Shown here: positions 9,657-17,894 of the stretch, piece by piece
Position numbering within the stretch: the first letter of the stretch is position 1
Layout: the number at the start of each line of letters is the position of its first letter
Source of the DNA: Desulfotalea psychrophila LSv54
Lineage (GTDB): Bacteria > Desulfobacterota > Desulfobulbia > Desulfobulbales > Desulfocapsaceae
Reading direction: 5' to 3'
Length of the DNA: 32,000 bases
Assembly: GCF_000025945.1 (NCBI RefSeq)
Contig: NC_006138.1
Span: 1,380,001-1,412,000, forward strand
Translations under genes and position numbers: made by a program
Notes under the pieces: model-generated
Told to the model about the DNA's origin: nothing
The model's database searches: none
The model's input: the letters and a program-made list of their open reading frames with translations, nothing else

Positions 9657-10382
9657 ATGGGAATAGATGTAAAGGAACTTATCCGGCGAAATAGGCAAAA
9701 GCACGCTGAATTTGAGAAAAAAATAAATTATAAATTTATCGATCTGCGTTTGTTACAGAAAGCATTAATTCATTCGTCCTATGCATTTGAACAGGCTCAG
9801 GCTGGTAAAAACAATGAAAGATTGGAATTTGTCGGGGATGCGGTCCTCGATTTGGTGGTGGGCAATGCCCTCTATCGGCGCTTTCCTGAGATGCGGGAGG
9901 GAGAGCTTACCCGTTTGCGGGCAGCCTTGGTTAATGAAGGGCATCTTGCCACTATGGCCAGGAAGATTAATCTGGGCTATTTTTTATGCCTTGGTAAGGG
10001 TGAGGATAACTCCAAGGGGCGCGAGAAGTCTTCCATTCTCTCCTGTGCCTACGAGGCAGTGATCGGAGCTATCTTTCAGGACGGTGGTTATGATGCGGTG
10101 GCAGCGCTAGTGGAGAGATTTTTCTTGCCCGTGATTGATCGGCGTAAGGAGGATCTGCTTCTGGCCGATGCCAAAAGTCGTCTGCAGGAGATTCTGCAGG
10201 AGAAGCATAACGAGGGGCCGTCCTATAGACTTGATAATGAAGAGGGTCCGTCCCATAAAAAACGCTTTACCATCTCGGTGCTTTTTCGAGACGAGGTGTT
10301 GGGTACCGGCGAGGCGGGGTCGAAAAAAGAGGCGGAGCAACGTGGGGCAGCTCTGGCCATAAAAAAAATAGAGAGCATGTAA
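9657..10382 (+). CDS. rnc: Ribonuclease III
   Basis: NNERLEFVGDAVLDLVVGNALYRRFP signature, SCAYEAVIGAIFQDGGYD, C-terminal dsRBD with KKEAEQRGAALAIKKI. Confidence 0.97.
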   Translation: MGIDVKELIRRNRQKHAEFEKKINYKFIDLRLLQKALIHSSYAFEQAQAGKNNERLEFVGDAVLDLVVGNALYRRFPEMREGELTRLRAALVNEGHLATMARKINLGYFLCLGKGEDNSKGREKSSILSCAYEAVIGAIFQDGGYDAVAALVERFFLPVIDRRKEDLLLADAKSRLQEILQEKHNEGPSYRLDNEEGPSHKKRFTISVLFRDEVLGTGEAGSKKEAEQRGAALAIKKIESM

Positions 10383-11405
10383 ATGGGTCTTGTCATACCG
10401 CTGTTTATTCCTCACCGTGGTTGTCCTCATCAGTGTCTCTTTTGCAATCAGGAATCCATTACGGGCTGTGCGGAGCCTAAGGCAGATTATGGTGAAGAGG
10501 CTATTGCCACCATTGAGGAGTGGTTGGCTCGGGAGTCCTTACATGGTGAGCTACGGGAAAGGGAGGTGGCCTTTTACGGGGGCTCTTTTACCTGCCTGCC
10601 GGAAGAGGAACAGGCACGTCTGCTTGCTCTTGTTCAACCCTATATAGATAGGGGATTGGTGGACGGTATTCGTCTCTCCACCAGACCGGACTGTATATCC
10701 AAGGATATTGCCGAGTTTCTTGTTGCCCATCGGGTAAAAAAGGTGGAACTTGGGGTGCAGTCCATGGACGATGGGGTTCTGCGGGCGGCAAAACGTGGCC
10801 ACAGTGCCCTGGACTGCAGGAGGGCAATTGCTATTCTGCAGGCTGCTGGCCTGCAGGTGGGGGTGCAGCTGATGGCAGGCCTGCCCCGGGAGACAACGGC
10901 CATTTTTTTGCGGGGGCTGGATGAGATTATCGGTCTTCGTCCGGACTTTGTTCGTCTCTATCCCGTGGTGGTGGTTCGTCATTCAGAGCTTGAAGACTTG
11001 TATCTTAAGGGGCGTTACCAACCCATCTCTTTGGCAAAAGCGGTTGCCTTTGGTCACCTTTTTCGTGTACGTATGGATCGTGCTGATATTCCTATTATTC
11101 GTATGGGTTTGCAGCCCTCAAAGGATTTGGAGCAAATGTTGGTGGCAGGGCCCTATCATCCAGCTTTTGGTGAGTTGGTAGGCTCTCGGCTGTGGCTCAA
11201 GGAAATTCGCCACAGATTGAGGGACTTGCAGGAGGGAGAGAACCTGCTCATGACGATTTCTCATAGAGATCTGTCCGTGGCTCAGGGGATGAAAAAATAT
11301 AATATAAGGCGTATCCAGGCCCTGGGCTATGGGGATCGTTTTTCTATTCAACTTGATGTGCAGATGACCCGTGGAACTAGGAAATTTTCAGTAGAAAAAG
11401 GCTAG
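10383..11405 (+). CDS. Radical SAM protein, Elp3-like family
   Basis: FIPHRGCPHQCLFCNQ (CxxxCxxC cluster motif), EVAFYGGSFTCLP, LSTRPDCI, VKKVELGVQSMDDGVL; start directly abuts rnc stop (TAAATG). Confidence 0.87.
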   Translation: MGLVIPLFIPHRGCPHQCLFCNQESITGCAEPKADYGEEAIATIEEWLARESLHGELREREVAFYGGSFTCLPEEEQARLLALVQPYIDRGLVDGIRLSTRPDCISKDIAEFLVAHRVKKVELGVQSMDDGVLRAAKRGHSALDCRRAIAILQAAGLQVGVQLMAGLPRETTAIFLRGLDEIIGLRPDFVRLYPVVVVRHSELEDLYLKGRYQPISLAKAVAFGHLFRVRMDRADIPIIRMGLQPSKDLEQMLVAGPYHPAFGELVGSRLWLKEIRHRLRDLQEGENLLMTISHRDLSVAQGMKKYNIRRIQALGYGDRFSIQLDVQMTRGTRKFSVEKG

Positions 11406-11440
11406 TGTATATCGGTTTTTGAATATATCAGAAAAATTGT

Positions 11441-13450
11441 TTGTGGAGGTCTTTAGACGTGTTGTCTGTAAATCGTCTTGATATACGTTACGGTGAGAAG
11501 CATCTTTTTAAAAATGTTTCAGTGCAGGTAAATCGTGGCAATCGCATAGCCCTGGTTGGGGTTAATGGCGCAGGGAAAACAACCCTGTTAAAAATTATGG
11601 CCGGGGTAAGTGCCACCGATGATGGAGTGGTTACCTGTTCAAAACAGTTCACCGTGGGCTATCTACCTCAGGAGTCAGAGCCATCAACGTCTGCCATAAG
11701 TCTTTATGAAGAGGCGAAAAAGGCCTTTGCTCCGATTATTGCCCTGCAGGAAGAGGTGGATGTGCTTCATCAGACTATCTCTTGCTGTGATGCCCAGGAT
11801 CCCACCCTTGAAAAACTTCTGCAGCGTCAGGGAGAGTTGCAACATCGGCTGGATGGCAGCGCTATCTATTCCATGCGGGCCAAAATTGAAAAGGTTCTGG
11901 ATGGTTTAGGCTTTACCTCTGAGGATATGGAGAAGGAATTACACTCATTTTCCGGTGGCTGGCAGATGCGTTTGCGTCTTGCTAAAATGCTCCTTGAAGC
12001 ACCCTCAGTCCTTCTGCTTGATGAGCCCACTAACCATCTTGATCTTGAAACTCTGAGATGGTTGGAGCAGTTTCTTATCTCCTACGATGGGGCTATGGTG
12101 GTAATTTCCCATGATCGCTCCTTTCTCGATAAAGCGACCACCATGACCTGGGAGGTGAGTCTTGGTAATGTCAATATCTTCAAGGGCAACTACAGCTACT
12201 ATGTCAAGGAGAAGCAGGAACGGCTGGCGGTGGAGCGCGGTGCCTATGAAAACCAGCAGGCAAAGATTCGCCAGACCATGCTTTTTGTAGATCGCTTTCG
12301 TTCAAAGGCGACCAAGGCCAAGCAGGTGCAGAGCCGGGTCAAGCAGCTGGAGAAGATGGAAATGGTTGAGCTCTCTGCCGAGGATCAGCAGATTCATTTC
12401 TCCTTTCCGCCGGCACCGCCTTCGGGACGGGATATGCTCTCGGTGAAGGGGCTAAGCAAGAGCTATCGGGGAAAAACTGTCTTTAAAGATGCAGAATTTG
12501 AGCTGCAACGTGGTGATAAGGTGGCCGTGGTTGGAGTTAATGGTGCCGGTAAGTCCACTTTGCTGAAGATTCTAGCCGGTGAGATAGAGGCCGATGCAGG
12601 CCAGAAAAAATTTGGTTCCGGGGTGGTTAAAACCTATTTTGGCCAGCACCAGGCCCAGGAGCTCTCACCGCAGTTATCCGCTCTGGATACCATGGCTCTC
12701 AGTGGTGAGGCCCTGAGCATTACCCGTCAGCGTTCCCTCCTCGGTGCCTTTTTGTTTCGTGGCGACGAGGTGGATAAGAAGGTTGCCGTTCTCTCCGGTG
12801 GTGAAAAGAGTCGCTTGGCTCTGGCTAAGATGATCGCCATTCCCGCTAACTGTATGCTCCTTGATGAGCCTACTAACCATTTGGATATGAACTCCCAGGA
12901 TATTCTCCAGGAGGCCATGGGGCAGTACGATGGCACTATTATCGTTGTCTCTCATAATCGTTATTTTCTCGATACTTTTGTCAATAAGGTCTTTGAGGTA
13001 AAGGATGGTAAGATAAATGTCTATGGCGGTAATGTGACGGAATATCTGCAAAAGGTAGAGGCCATTGCCGAAGAGGGCAAACGGCAGGAACAGGATGCTA
13101 CGAGGCAGGAGTCTGTCCAGGAGCCTGGTGAGGGTTCGGGGCAGAATCGCAAGGAACGGAAAAAGCAGGAGGCGCAGAGGCGTCAGGAACGCAGTAAGCT
13201 CTTGGGTTCATGGCTGAAGGTTGCCGAAGAGTCTGAAAAGCAGGTGGAAAATATCGAGGAAGAGAAAGAAGCGCTTGAGGTCACCATGGCCGATCCCGCC
13301 CTCTATTCCGATGAGGATGCCTGGTCGGCGGTCAGTGCCGATTACGAGGCGTGTAAGACCCGGCTTGAACGAGCCTATGCCAGCTGGGAAGAGGCACAGG
13401 GGAAAATAGAAGAGGGCGAGGCAAAACTTGCCCTTAAGTACGGAGAATAG
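11441..13450 (+). CDS. ABC-F family ATPase (EttA/Uup/YheS-like), 669 aa
   Basis: Two ABC domains: LVGVNGAGKTTLLKIM ... FSGGWQMRLRLAKMLLEAPSVLLLDEPTNHLD and VVGVNGAGKSTLLKIL ... LSGGEKSRLALAKMIAIPANCMLLDEPTNHLD; no TM domains; charged C-terminal coiled-coil-like tail. Confidence 0.95.
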   Translation: MWRSLDVLSVNRLDIRYGEKHLFKNVSVQVNRGNRIALVGVNGAGKTTLLKIMAGVSATDDGVVTCSKQFTVGYLPQESEPSTSAISLYEEAKKAFAPIIALQEEVDVLHQTISCCDAQDPTLEKLLQRQGELQHRLDGSAIYSMRAKIEKVLDGLGFTSEDMEKELHSFSGGWQMRLRLAKMLLEAPSVLLLDEPTNHLDLETLRWLEQFLISYDGAMVVISHDRSFLDKATTMTWEVSLGNVNIFKGNYSYYVKEKQERLAVERGAYENQQAKIRQTMLFVDRFRSKATKAKQVQSRVKQLEKMEMVELSAEDQQIHFSFPPAPPSGRDMLSVKGLSKSYRGKTVFKDAEFELQRGDKVAVVGVNGAGKSTLLKILAGEIEADAGQKKFGSGVVKTYFGQHQAQELSPQLSALDTMALSGEALSITRQRSLLGAFLFRGDEVDKKVAVLSGGEKSRLALAKMIAIPANCMLLDEPTNHLDMNSQDILQEAMGQYDGTIIVVSHNRYFLDTFVNKVFEVKDGKINVYGGNVTEYLQKVEAIAEEGKRQEQDATRQESVQEPGEGSGQNRKERKKQEAQRRQERSKLLGSWLKVAEESEKQVENIEEEKEALEVTMADPALYSDEDAWSAVSADYEACKTRLERAYASWEEAQGKIEEGEAKLALKYGE

Positions 13451-13452
13451 GG

Positions 13453-13887
13453 ATGAGGATAGAGAAGATTGCCTATAAGGAGGAGCGTGGTCAGCCCATG
13501 CTTGAGGTGGCTACCTCTCAGATCAGTCTCGAGGCGGGGCTTGCAGGAGATATCTCAGGCAAGCCGGGCACGCGTCAGATCACCCTCCTCAGTGCTGATG
13601 TCTGGCAGGAGGTCTGTGCTGAATTGTCTGAGCAGGTACCCTGGACTGTACGTCGGGCTAACCTTCTTGTCGCTGGGGTGAGGTTTAAGCAGAGCGATGT
13701 GGGACGTATTCTGCATATAGGTGATGTACAGATAGAGATAACCCGCGAGACCGTCCCCTGTAAGTTAATGGATGCTCAGGTTTCAGGTTTGTTGGCTGCC
13801 CTGAATAAGGAGTGGCGTGGCGGTGTTTGTGGGCGAGTTGTAGCAGGTGGTAATATAGAGGTAGGTGACAACGCCCACTGGGCGTAG
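13453..13887 (+). CDS. MOSC domain protein
   Basis: GLAGDISGKPGTRQITLLSADVW, RRANLLVAGV, GRILHIGDVQIEITRETVPC match MOSC domain architecture. Confidence 0.8.
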   Translation: MRIEKIAYKEERGQPMLEVATSQISLEAGLAGDISGKPGTRQITLLSADVWQEVCAELSEQVPWTVRRANLLVAGVRFKQSDVGRILHIGDVQIEITRETVPCKLMDAQVSGLLAALNKEWRGGVCGRVVAGGNIEVGDNAHWA

Positions 13888-13893
13888 GAGAGG

Positions 13894-14763
13894 TTGATGG
13901 GACGTGTTTTAGGGACCAAAAAGTTGTTGGGCTGGCTCGCTGTTTTTTGTTCAACGTTTTTTTTCTATTTTGCAACGGTGGTTATTCGGCTGGCAGAAGG
14001 TGAGGTGGATATTGATGTCTCCTATTTTGCCTTCTTTCGCTTTATTTTAGGTTTCATTGTTGTCAGTATTATTATGCTTATAAGCAGGCAGCCGGTGCGT
14101 CCTCGCAGATACCATTTCTTGTTGGGGCGGATGTTGGCAAATACTGCTGCTGTATACTGTTTTTATAAGGCAGCGTCCCTTGGGTCGGTGGCAGAGGCCA
14201 ATATTCTCAATATGACCTACCCCCTCTTTGTGGCCTGTGCCTCATGGTTTCTCTTTAAATCGCAGAGAGATTGGGTGGTGGCGGCTTTGGTTGCCCTTGC
14301 CTTTGTGGGGGTCTGGTTGGTTCTTAACCCGGGTGGTGATTTTTCTGTGAACGGGCAGAGCATCTGGGGTCTTGCCTCTGGTATGCTTGCCGCCGCGGCA
14401 ATTATTTATCTTAATCTCTGTCGCATAGATCACGACTCCAATACCATTCTTTTTGTTCTGTTTGGTTTGGGCTCTATAGTTATGTATACGTTTTTCCATA
14501 ACTATATATTTTGGCCAAATGGTAAGGAGTTCTACTACTTGATGCTCTGTGGTGCTCCTGGCGTTATTGGACAGTATTTGATTACCTTTGGCTTTCGTTT
14601 TGTGACGGCTGTTGAGGGATCGGTTATCTCCTCGTCAAGGATTATGCTTGCAGCCCTGTTGGGGCCAATTATCATTGGTGAGCCGTCCCTGGCCCTATTG
14701 GGATGGTGTGGCGGTTTCTGTATCTTTGTTGCTAATGTGGGCTTGGCTATGCGTAAAAAATAG
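13894..14763 (+). CDS. DMT superfamily (EamA) transporter
   Basis: About 10 TM segments in two EamA-like repeats; FYKAASLGSVAEANILNMTYPLFV and LAALLGPIIIGEPSLALLGWCGG. Confidence 0.85.
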   Translation: MMGRVLGTKKLLGWLAVFCSTFFFYFATVVIRLAEGEVDIDVSYFAFFRFILGFIVVSIIMLISRQPVRPRRYHFLLGRMLANTAAVYCFYKAASLGSVAEANILNMTYPLFVACASWFLFKSQRDWVVAALVALAFVGVWLVLNPGGDFSVNGQSIWGLASGMLAAAAIIYLNLCRIDHDSNTILFVLFGLGSIVMYTFFHNYIFWPNGKEFYYLMLCGAPGVIGQYLITFGFRFVTAVEGSVISSSRIMLAALLGPIIIGEPSLALLGWCGGFCIFVANVGLAMRKK

Positions 14764-14783
14764 TCAATCAGGACGGGCCTCGG

Positions 14784-15191
14784 CTATTTACGGCTGAGGT
14801 CGTCCTGCCATTGGCGTAGACATTTTTGAATACTGCCCAACTCGATAAGTTCATGGGCCCTGTTTAGGGAGACCAGCTTGCGTATGCGTTGGTGCTGTTC
14901 GGGCCATTTCTTGAGAATTTCAGTCACCTCCATGGGGAAAAACTGTATTTTGTATTTGGTTCCATGATGTTGATATTTTATCAGATATGATTTTTTCCCC
15001 TCTATGCATCCGATAATACCCGCCTCCTCAAAGGCCTCCTGAGCAGCTGATTCGATGCAGCTCTTCTTTTTTACCAGATGTCCCTTGGGCAGGATCCAAT
15101 AGCCATTGGTACGACTGGTAATCAAAAAGATCTTTAAAGACTTCTTTGTCTTGATGTACGGAATTACTCCATATTGATTTTTGCTGTTCAT
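14784..15191 (-). CDS. Nudix hydrolase family protein with an atypical Nudix box
   Basis: WILPKGHLVKKKSCIESAAQEAFEEAGI: 23-residue Nudix box spacing with the catalytic E..EE retained. Confidence 0.85.
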   Translation of the reverse strand: MNSKNQYGVIPYIKTKKSLKIFLITSRTNGYWILPKGHLVKKKSCIESAAQEAFEEAGIIGCIEGKKSYLIKYQHHGTKYKIQFFPMEVTEILKKWPEQHQRIRKLVSLNRAHELIELGSIQKCLRQWQDDLSRK

Positions 15192-15255
15192 GGCAAATTT
15201 TGTTGGTTGTTCTGGGAATAATTTCTCGCTATATAATTCCTGTTCAGTCAGAGAC

Positions 15256-15996
15256 TTACAGTCTCTTGAGGATGTCTTTCCATACCTCGTTGTAGGCCTG
15301 GGCCACTGAGTTGGACTTGGCGTAGGTCAGAACAGGGGCCCGATGGATACCCATCCGTTCGATATCTGTGCAGGAGGGAATGTCGCTTACCAGAAAATCA
15401 GGATACTGTTGGCGTAGTCTCTTCATGCTCTCCTTATGCAACTTTTTCTGGCGTTGAACCATGGAGAAAAGGGGCACTATTTTTTCTTTTTTGAATCCCT
15501 TTTCCTCAAAAAACTCGTAGAGTTGGCCAAGGGTTCGCTCTGATAGGGTGGTGGGGATCACAGGTATAATTATTTTGTCTGCAACCTTGAATACATTCTC
15601 GGAGAGACGAGAGATATTTGGTGGGCAGTCAAGGATGACAATGTCATACTCACTGTCCACGGCCTTCAGGGTCTGTTTGAGACGGGAGCGGCTCTTTTTC
15701 ATGTTTGCTAGAAAAATATCAAAATCCCGGTAACTCATATTGGCGGGCAGGAGATCAAGGTTGTCGAAGTCGCTGGCTCGAATTGCCTCGGAAAAGCGAT
15801 CAACATTGGTGAAGAAGGCTTGTTCTCTCAGCTCTTTTGAGGGCTTGATCCGAAAATAAAATCCAGAGGCACCCTGGGGGTCAAGATCACAGAGAAGGGT
15901 CCTTTTGCCGCTTTTGGCGCAGGCATAGGCGAGATTAACCGAGGTGGCTGTTTTGCCAACACCACCCTTATTGCTATAACAGGCTATGATTTTCAT
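15256..15996 (-). CDS. ParA-family ATPase without adjacent ParB (orphan ParA)
   Basis: Deviant Walker A KGGVGKTATSVNLA, LCDLDPQGASGFYF, YDIVILDCPPNISRL. ATG at 15996 (MKIIACYSNKGG) preferred over the track start at 16026; SD AAAGGA lies in the last codons of the upstream CHAD gene. Confidence 0.92.
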   Translation of the reverse strand: MKIIACYSNKGGVGKTATSVNLAYACAKSGKRTLLCDLDPQGASGFYFRIKPSKELREQAFFTNVDRFSEAIRASDFDNLDLLPANMSYRDFDIFLANMKKSRSRLKQTLKAVDSEYDIVILDCPPNISRLSENVFKVADKIIIPVIPTTLSERTLGQLYEFFEEKGFKKEKIVPLFSMVQRQKKLHKESMKRLRQQYPDFLVSDIPSCTDIERMGIHRAPVLTYAKSNSVAQAYNEVWKDILKRL

Positions 15997-16000
15997 AATA

Positions 16001-17500
16001 CTATCCTTTTGTGCTAAAAAGCTCACTGACGAGATCTGCTGTTCTGGGGCTGTTAAAGTTTTTGAAATTTTTTGTAACCAGAGCCCGTTCCTTTTGTTGG
16101 CAAAGATTGAGCATTGCTCTCAGAGCTCCGATGCCTTCGGCAAGCTTTTTCCCATCCCTTCCCTTAATATCAGCTGTTTCGAGAAATGTCCCCAGGGATA
16201 TCTGTTGGACTGAATAATCGTTAAATCGACCTAAATTGTCCTGGAGCATTTTCAGTGATTTTATAATTGACTTAACGCTGCCCTGGCTAAAAACCGGGGT
16301 GAAAAATTCCAGGAGATAACGAAGCTTTTTGCAGTGGATGCGAAGCTCATGGACGATGGCATCTGCGGTGCTGTCATCGATGCTGGCGGCGATCCTGCAC
16401 ACCTTTTTGTATCTGCTGAAAATCACCTTTTTGGCAAAAAGAGCCGATGGTATTTGAGCCTTCTCTCCCCATATCCACGAGTTGTTGGCAAAGCCATCTT
16501 GGAGGGATTTCATTCGCCTGGTATAGGCCTTGTTCTGTAGTTCCTTACAGAGAGAGCTGTGTAGTAGCTTGCGTTCCCGGGTGAAGGCGGCAAAGAGAAT
16601 TTTAAGGCCCTCATGGGTGCTTTTGGGTACAAGCTTGAAATACAGATCCTTATCAAGCAGATAGACATCTAAATCCCGCAGGCGTCCCGTTGCCTGCATA
16701 ATTTCTGAAAATTCTGTTTTGAGGTAGGCTGTGTCGGCCAGCGAGTATACTCCCTTAAAGAGGCTGATGACAGAGCGTACCTTGCGTAGACTTACCCGGT
16801 AATCATGGAGAAATTCGCTGTCGTAATCGGCTCTGATGCCAATCTCGTTTCTTCTGGCAACGGCAATGAAGGTGTTGATTATTCTGTTGCTTGTCTCCTG
16901 GATGGGGGTCTCGGCTTGCAGGGGGATTGTGGGTTTTGCCTCGTAGGCAAGGCTTGCTATCTGCAGGAGAGAATAGATGTCCTCTTCTTTTTCCTCAACC
17001 GGTGAACTCAGGGCTTCCACTAAAATTTGATGGGCCTCGTCATAACCGCGAAGGGGTTGACTGATGGCTATTTGTACTCTTCTTTTTTTTCGTCTGAGGA
17101 GGGTGCTGCCCAAGCGGGCAACGGTCTTTCCCTCATCGTCGAGCATGGTGTGTGCCTGTAGCTGTAGGGAAATTTCAGTCCGGGGTAGGAATGCCCGGAG
17201 GGGCGAGACTGTTTCCAGTGCTTCTTTTACGGGACCTGCTGGTAGCTCTGGCCAACATTGAAGTTCTATCTTGCCCCGTTGCTCTCGGCTTGCTCCTGTT
17301 TTAAGGTCAATAAGGATGATGGCCTGTTCTGTTTGTAAGAGTATTCTTCCCGTTTTACGCAACTCTTCGTCGAAGGTATCAAGAATCTTGGCCTCTTGTT
17401 TTTCGTCTATCCTGCTCTGCCAACTGTAGGTTGGCTTGAGGGCTTTTTGGATTTTTTTTATGGGTAACTCTGAACGTGCAAGGAGGATATAGGGTTTCAT
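16001..17500 (-). CDS. CHAD domain protein with CYTH-like N-terminal region
   Basis: C-terminal FLHDYRVSLRKVRSVISLFKG ... LRDLDVYLLDKDLYF ... ELRIHCKKLRYLLEFFTPVF ... LKMLQDNLGRFNDYSVQQ is CHAD; the N-terminal half is CYTH-like but divergent. ATG at 17500 (MKPYILLARSELP) preferred over the track start at 17641. Confidence 0.87.
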   Translation of the reverse strand: MKPYILLARSELPIKKIQKALKPTYSWQSRIDEKQEAKILDTFDEELRKTGRILLQTEQAIILIDLKTGASREQRGKIELQCWPELPAGPVKEALETVSPLRAFLPRTEISLQLQAHTMLDDEGKTVARLGSTLLRRKKRRVQIAISQPLRGYDEAHQILVEALSSPVEEKEEDIYSLLQIASLAYEAKPTIPLQAETPIQETSNRIINTFIAVARRNEIGIRADYDSEFLHDYRVSLRKVRSVISLFKGVYSLADTAYLKTEFSEIMQATGRLRDLDVYLLDKDLYFKLVPKSTHEGLKILFAAFTRERKLLHSSLCKELQNKAYTRRMKSLQDGFANNSWIWGEKAQIPSALFAKKVIFSRYKKVCRIAASIDDSTADAIVHELRIHCKKLRYLLEFFTPVFSQGSVKSIIKSLKMLQDNLGRFNDYSVQQISLGTFLETADIKGRDGKKLAEGIGALRAMLNLCQQKERALVTKNFKNFNSPRTADLVSELFSTKG

Positions 17501-17666
17501 GGCTTTTGTTGGTGGCCTTCGTATTAATAAAATATATTGAAGTATTTCTTCTGCTTCGCGGTTGGATCTCTTCAGGACGTCAGTTGAGTTCTTTTTCTCA
17601 AGAGATGAGGTCAGTTTTATTGATTTTTTGTGAAAAAGCAAAGGCTTTTTGGCTTCAAAGTATTTT

Positions 17667-17694
17667 TTGTCAAAAGGGTGTATAGTGCTAATAT
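17667..17694 (+). promoter_or_regulatory. Candidate sigma70-like promoter for ppk1
   Basis: TTGTCA (17667-17672), 16-bp spacer, TAATAT (17689-17694), about 110 bp upstream of the SD/ATG at 17802. Confidence 0.35.
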
Positions 17695-17894
17695 GGGCCT
17701 TTGTCTTGCACTTTCTCAGCTTTGGGCTGTTAGGTTGTTTCGGTCTGTTGATGGAAAATATGAACGAGGTGAGTTGTTTTTAATAGGAAGAGAGGGAGGG
17801 GCTATGGCTCGGCAGAAACAAGGAAGGCAAAAGGTTGGAATAGAGAAGTCGACGTTGATTTGAGTTCCCCCAGTGGTTTCTGAATCGTGAAGTT

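Noticed and set aside
15256-15996. Plasmid or chromosome partition locus
   Set aside because: No ParB-like gene and no evident parS-like repeats nearby; genomic context points to polyphosphate-related genes.
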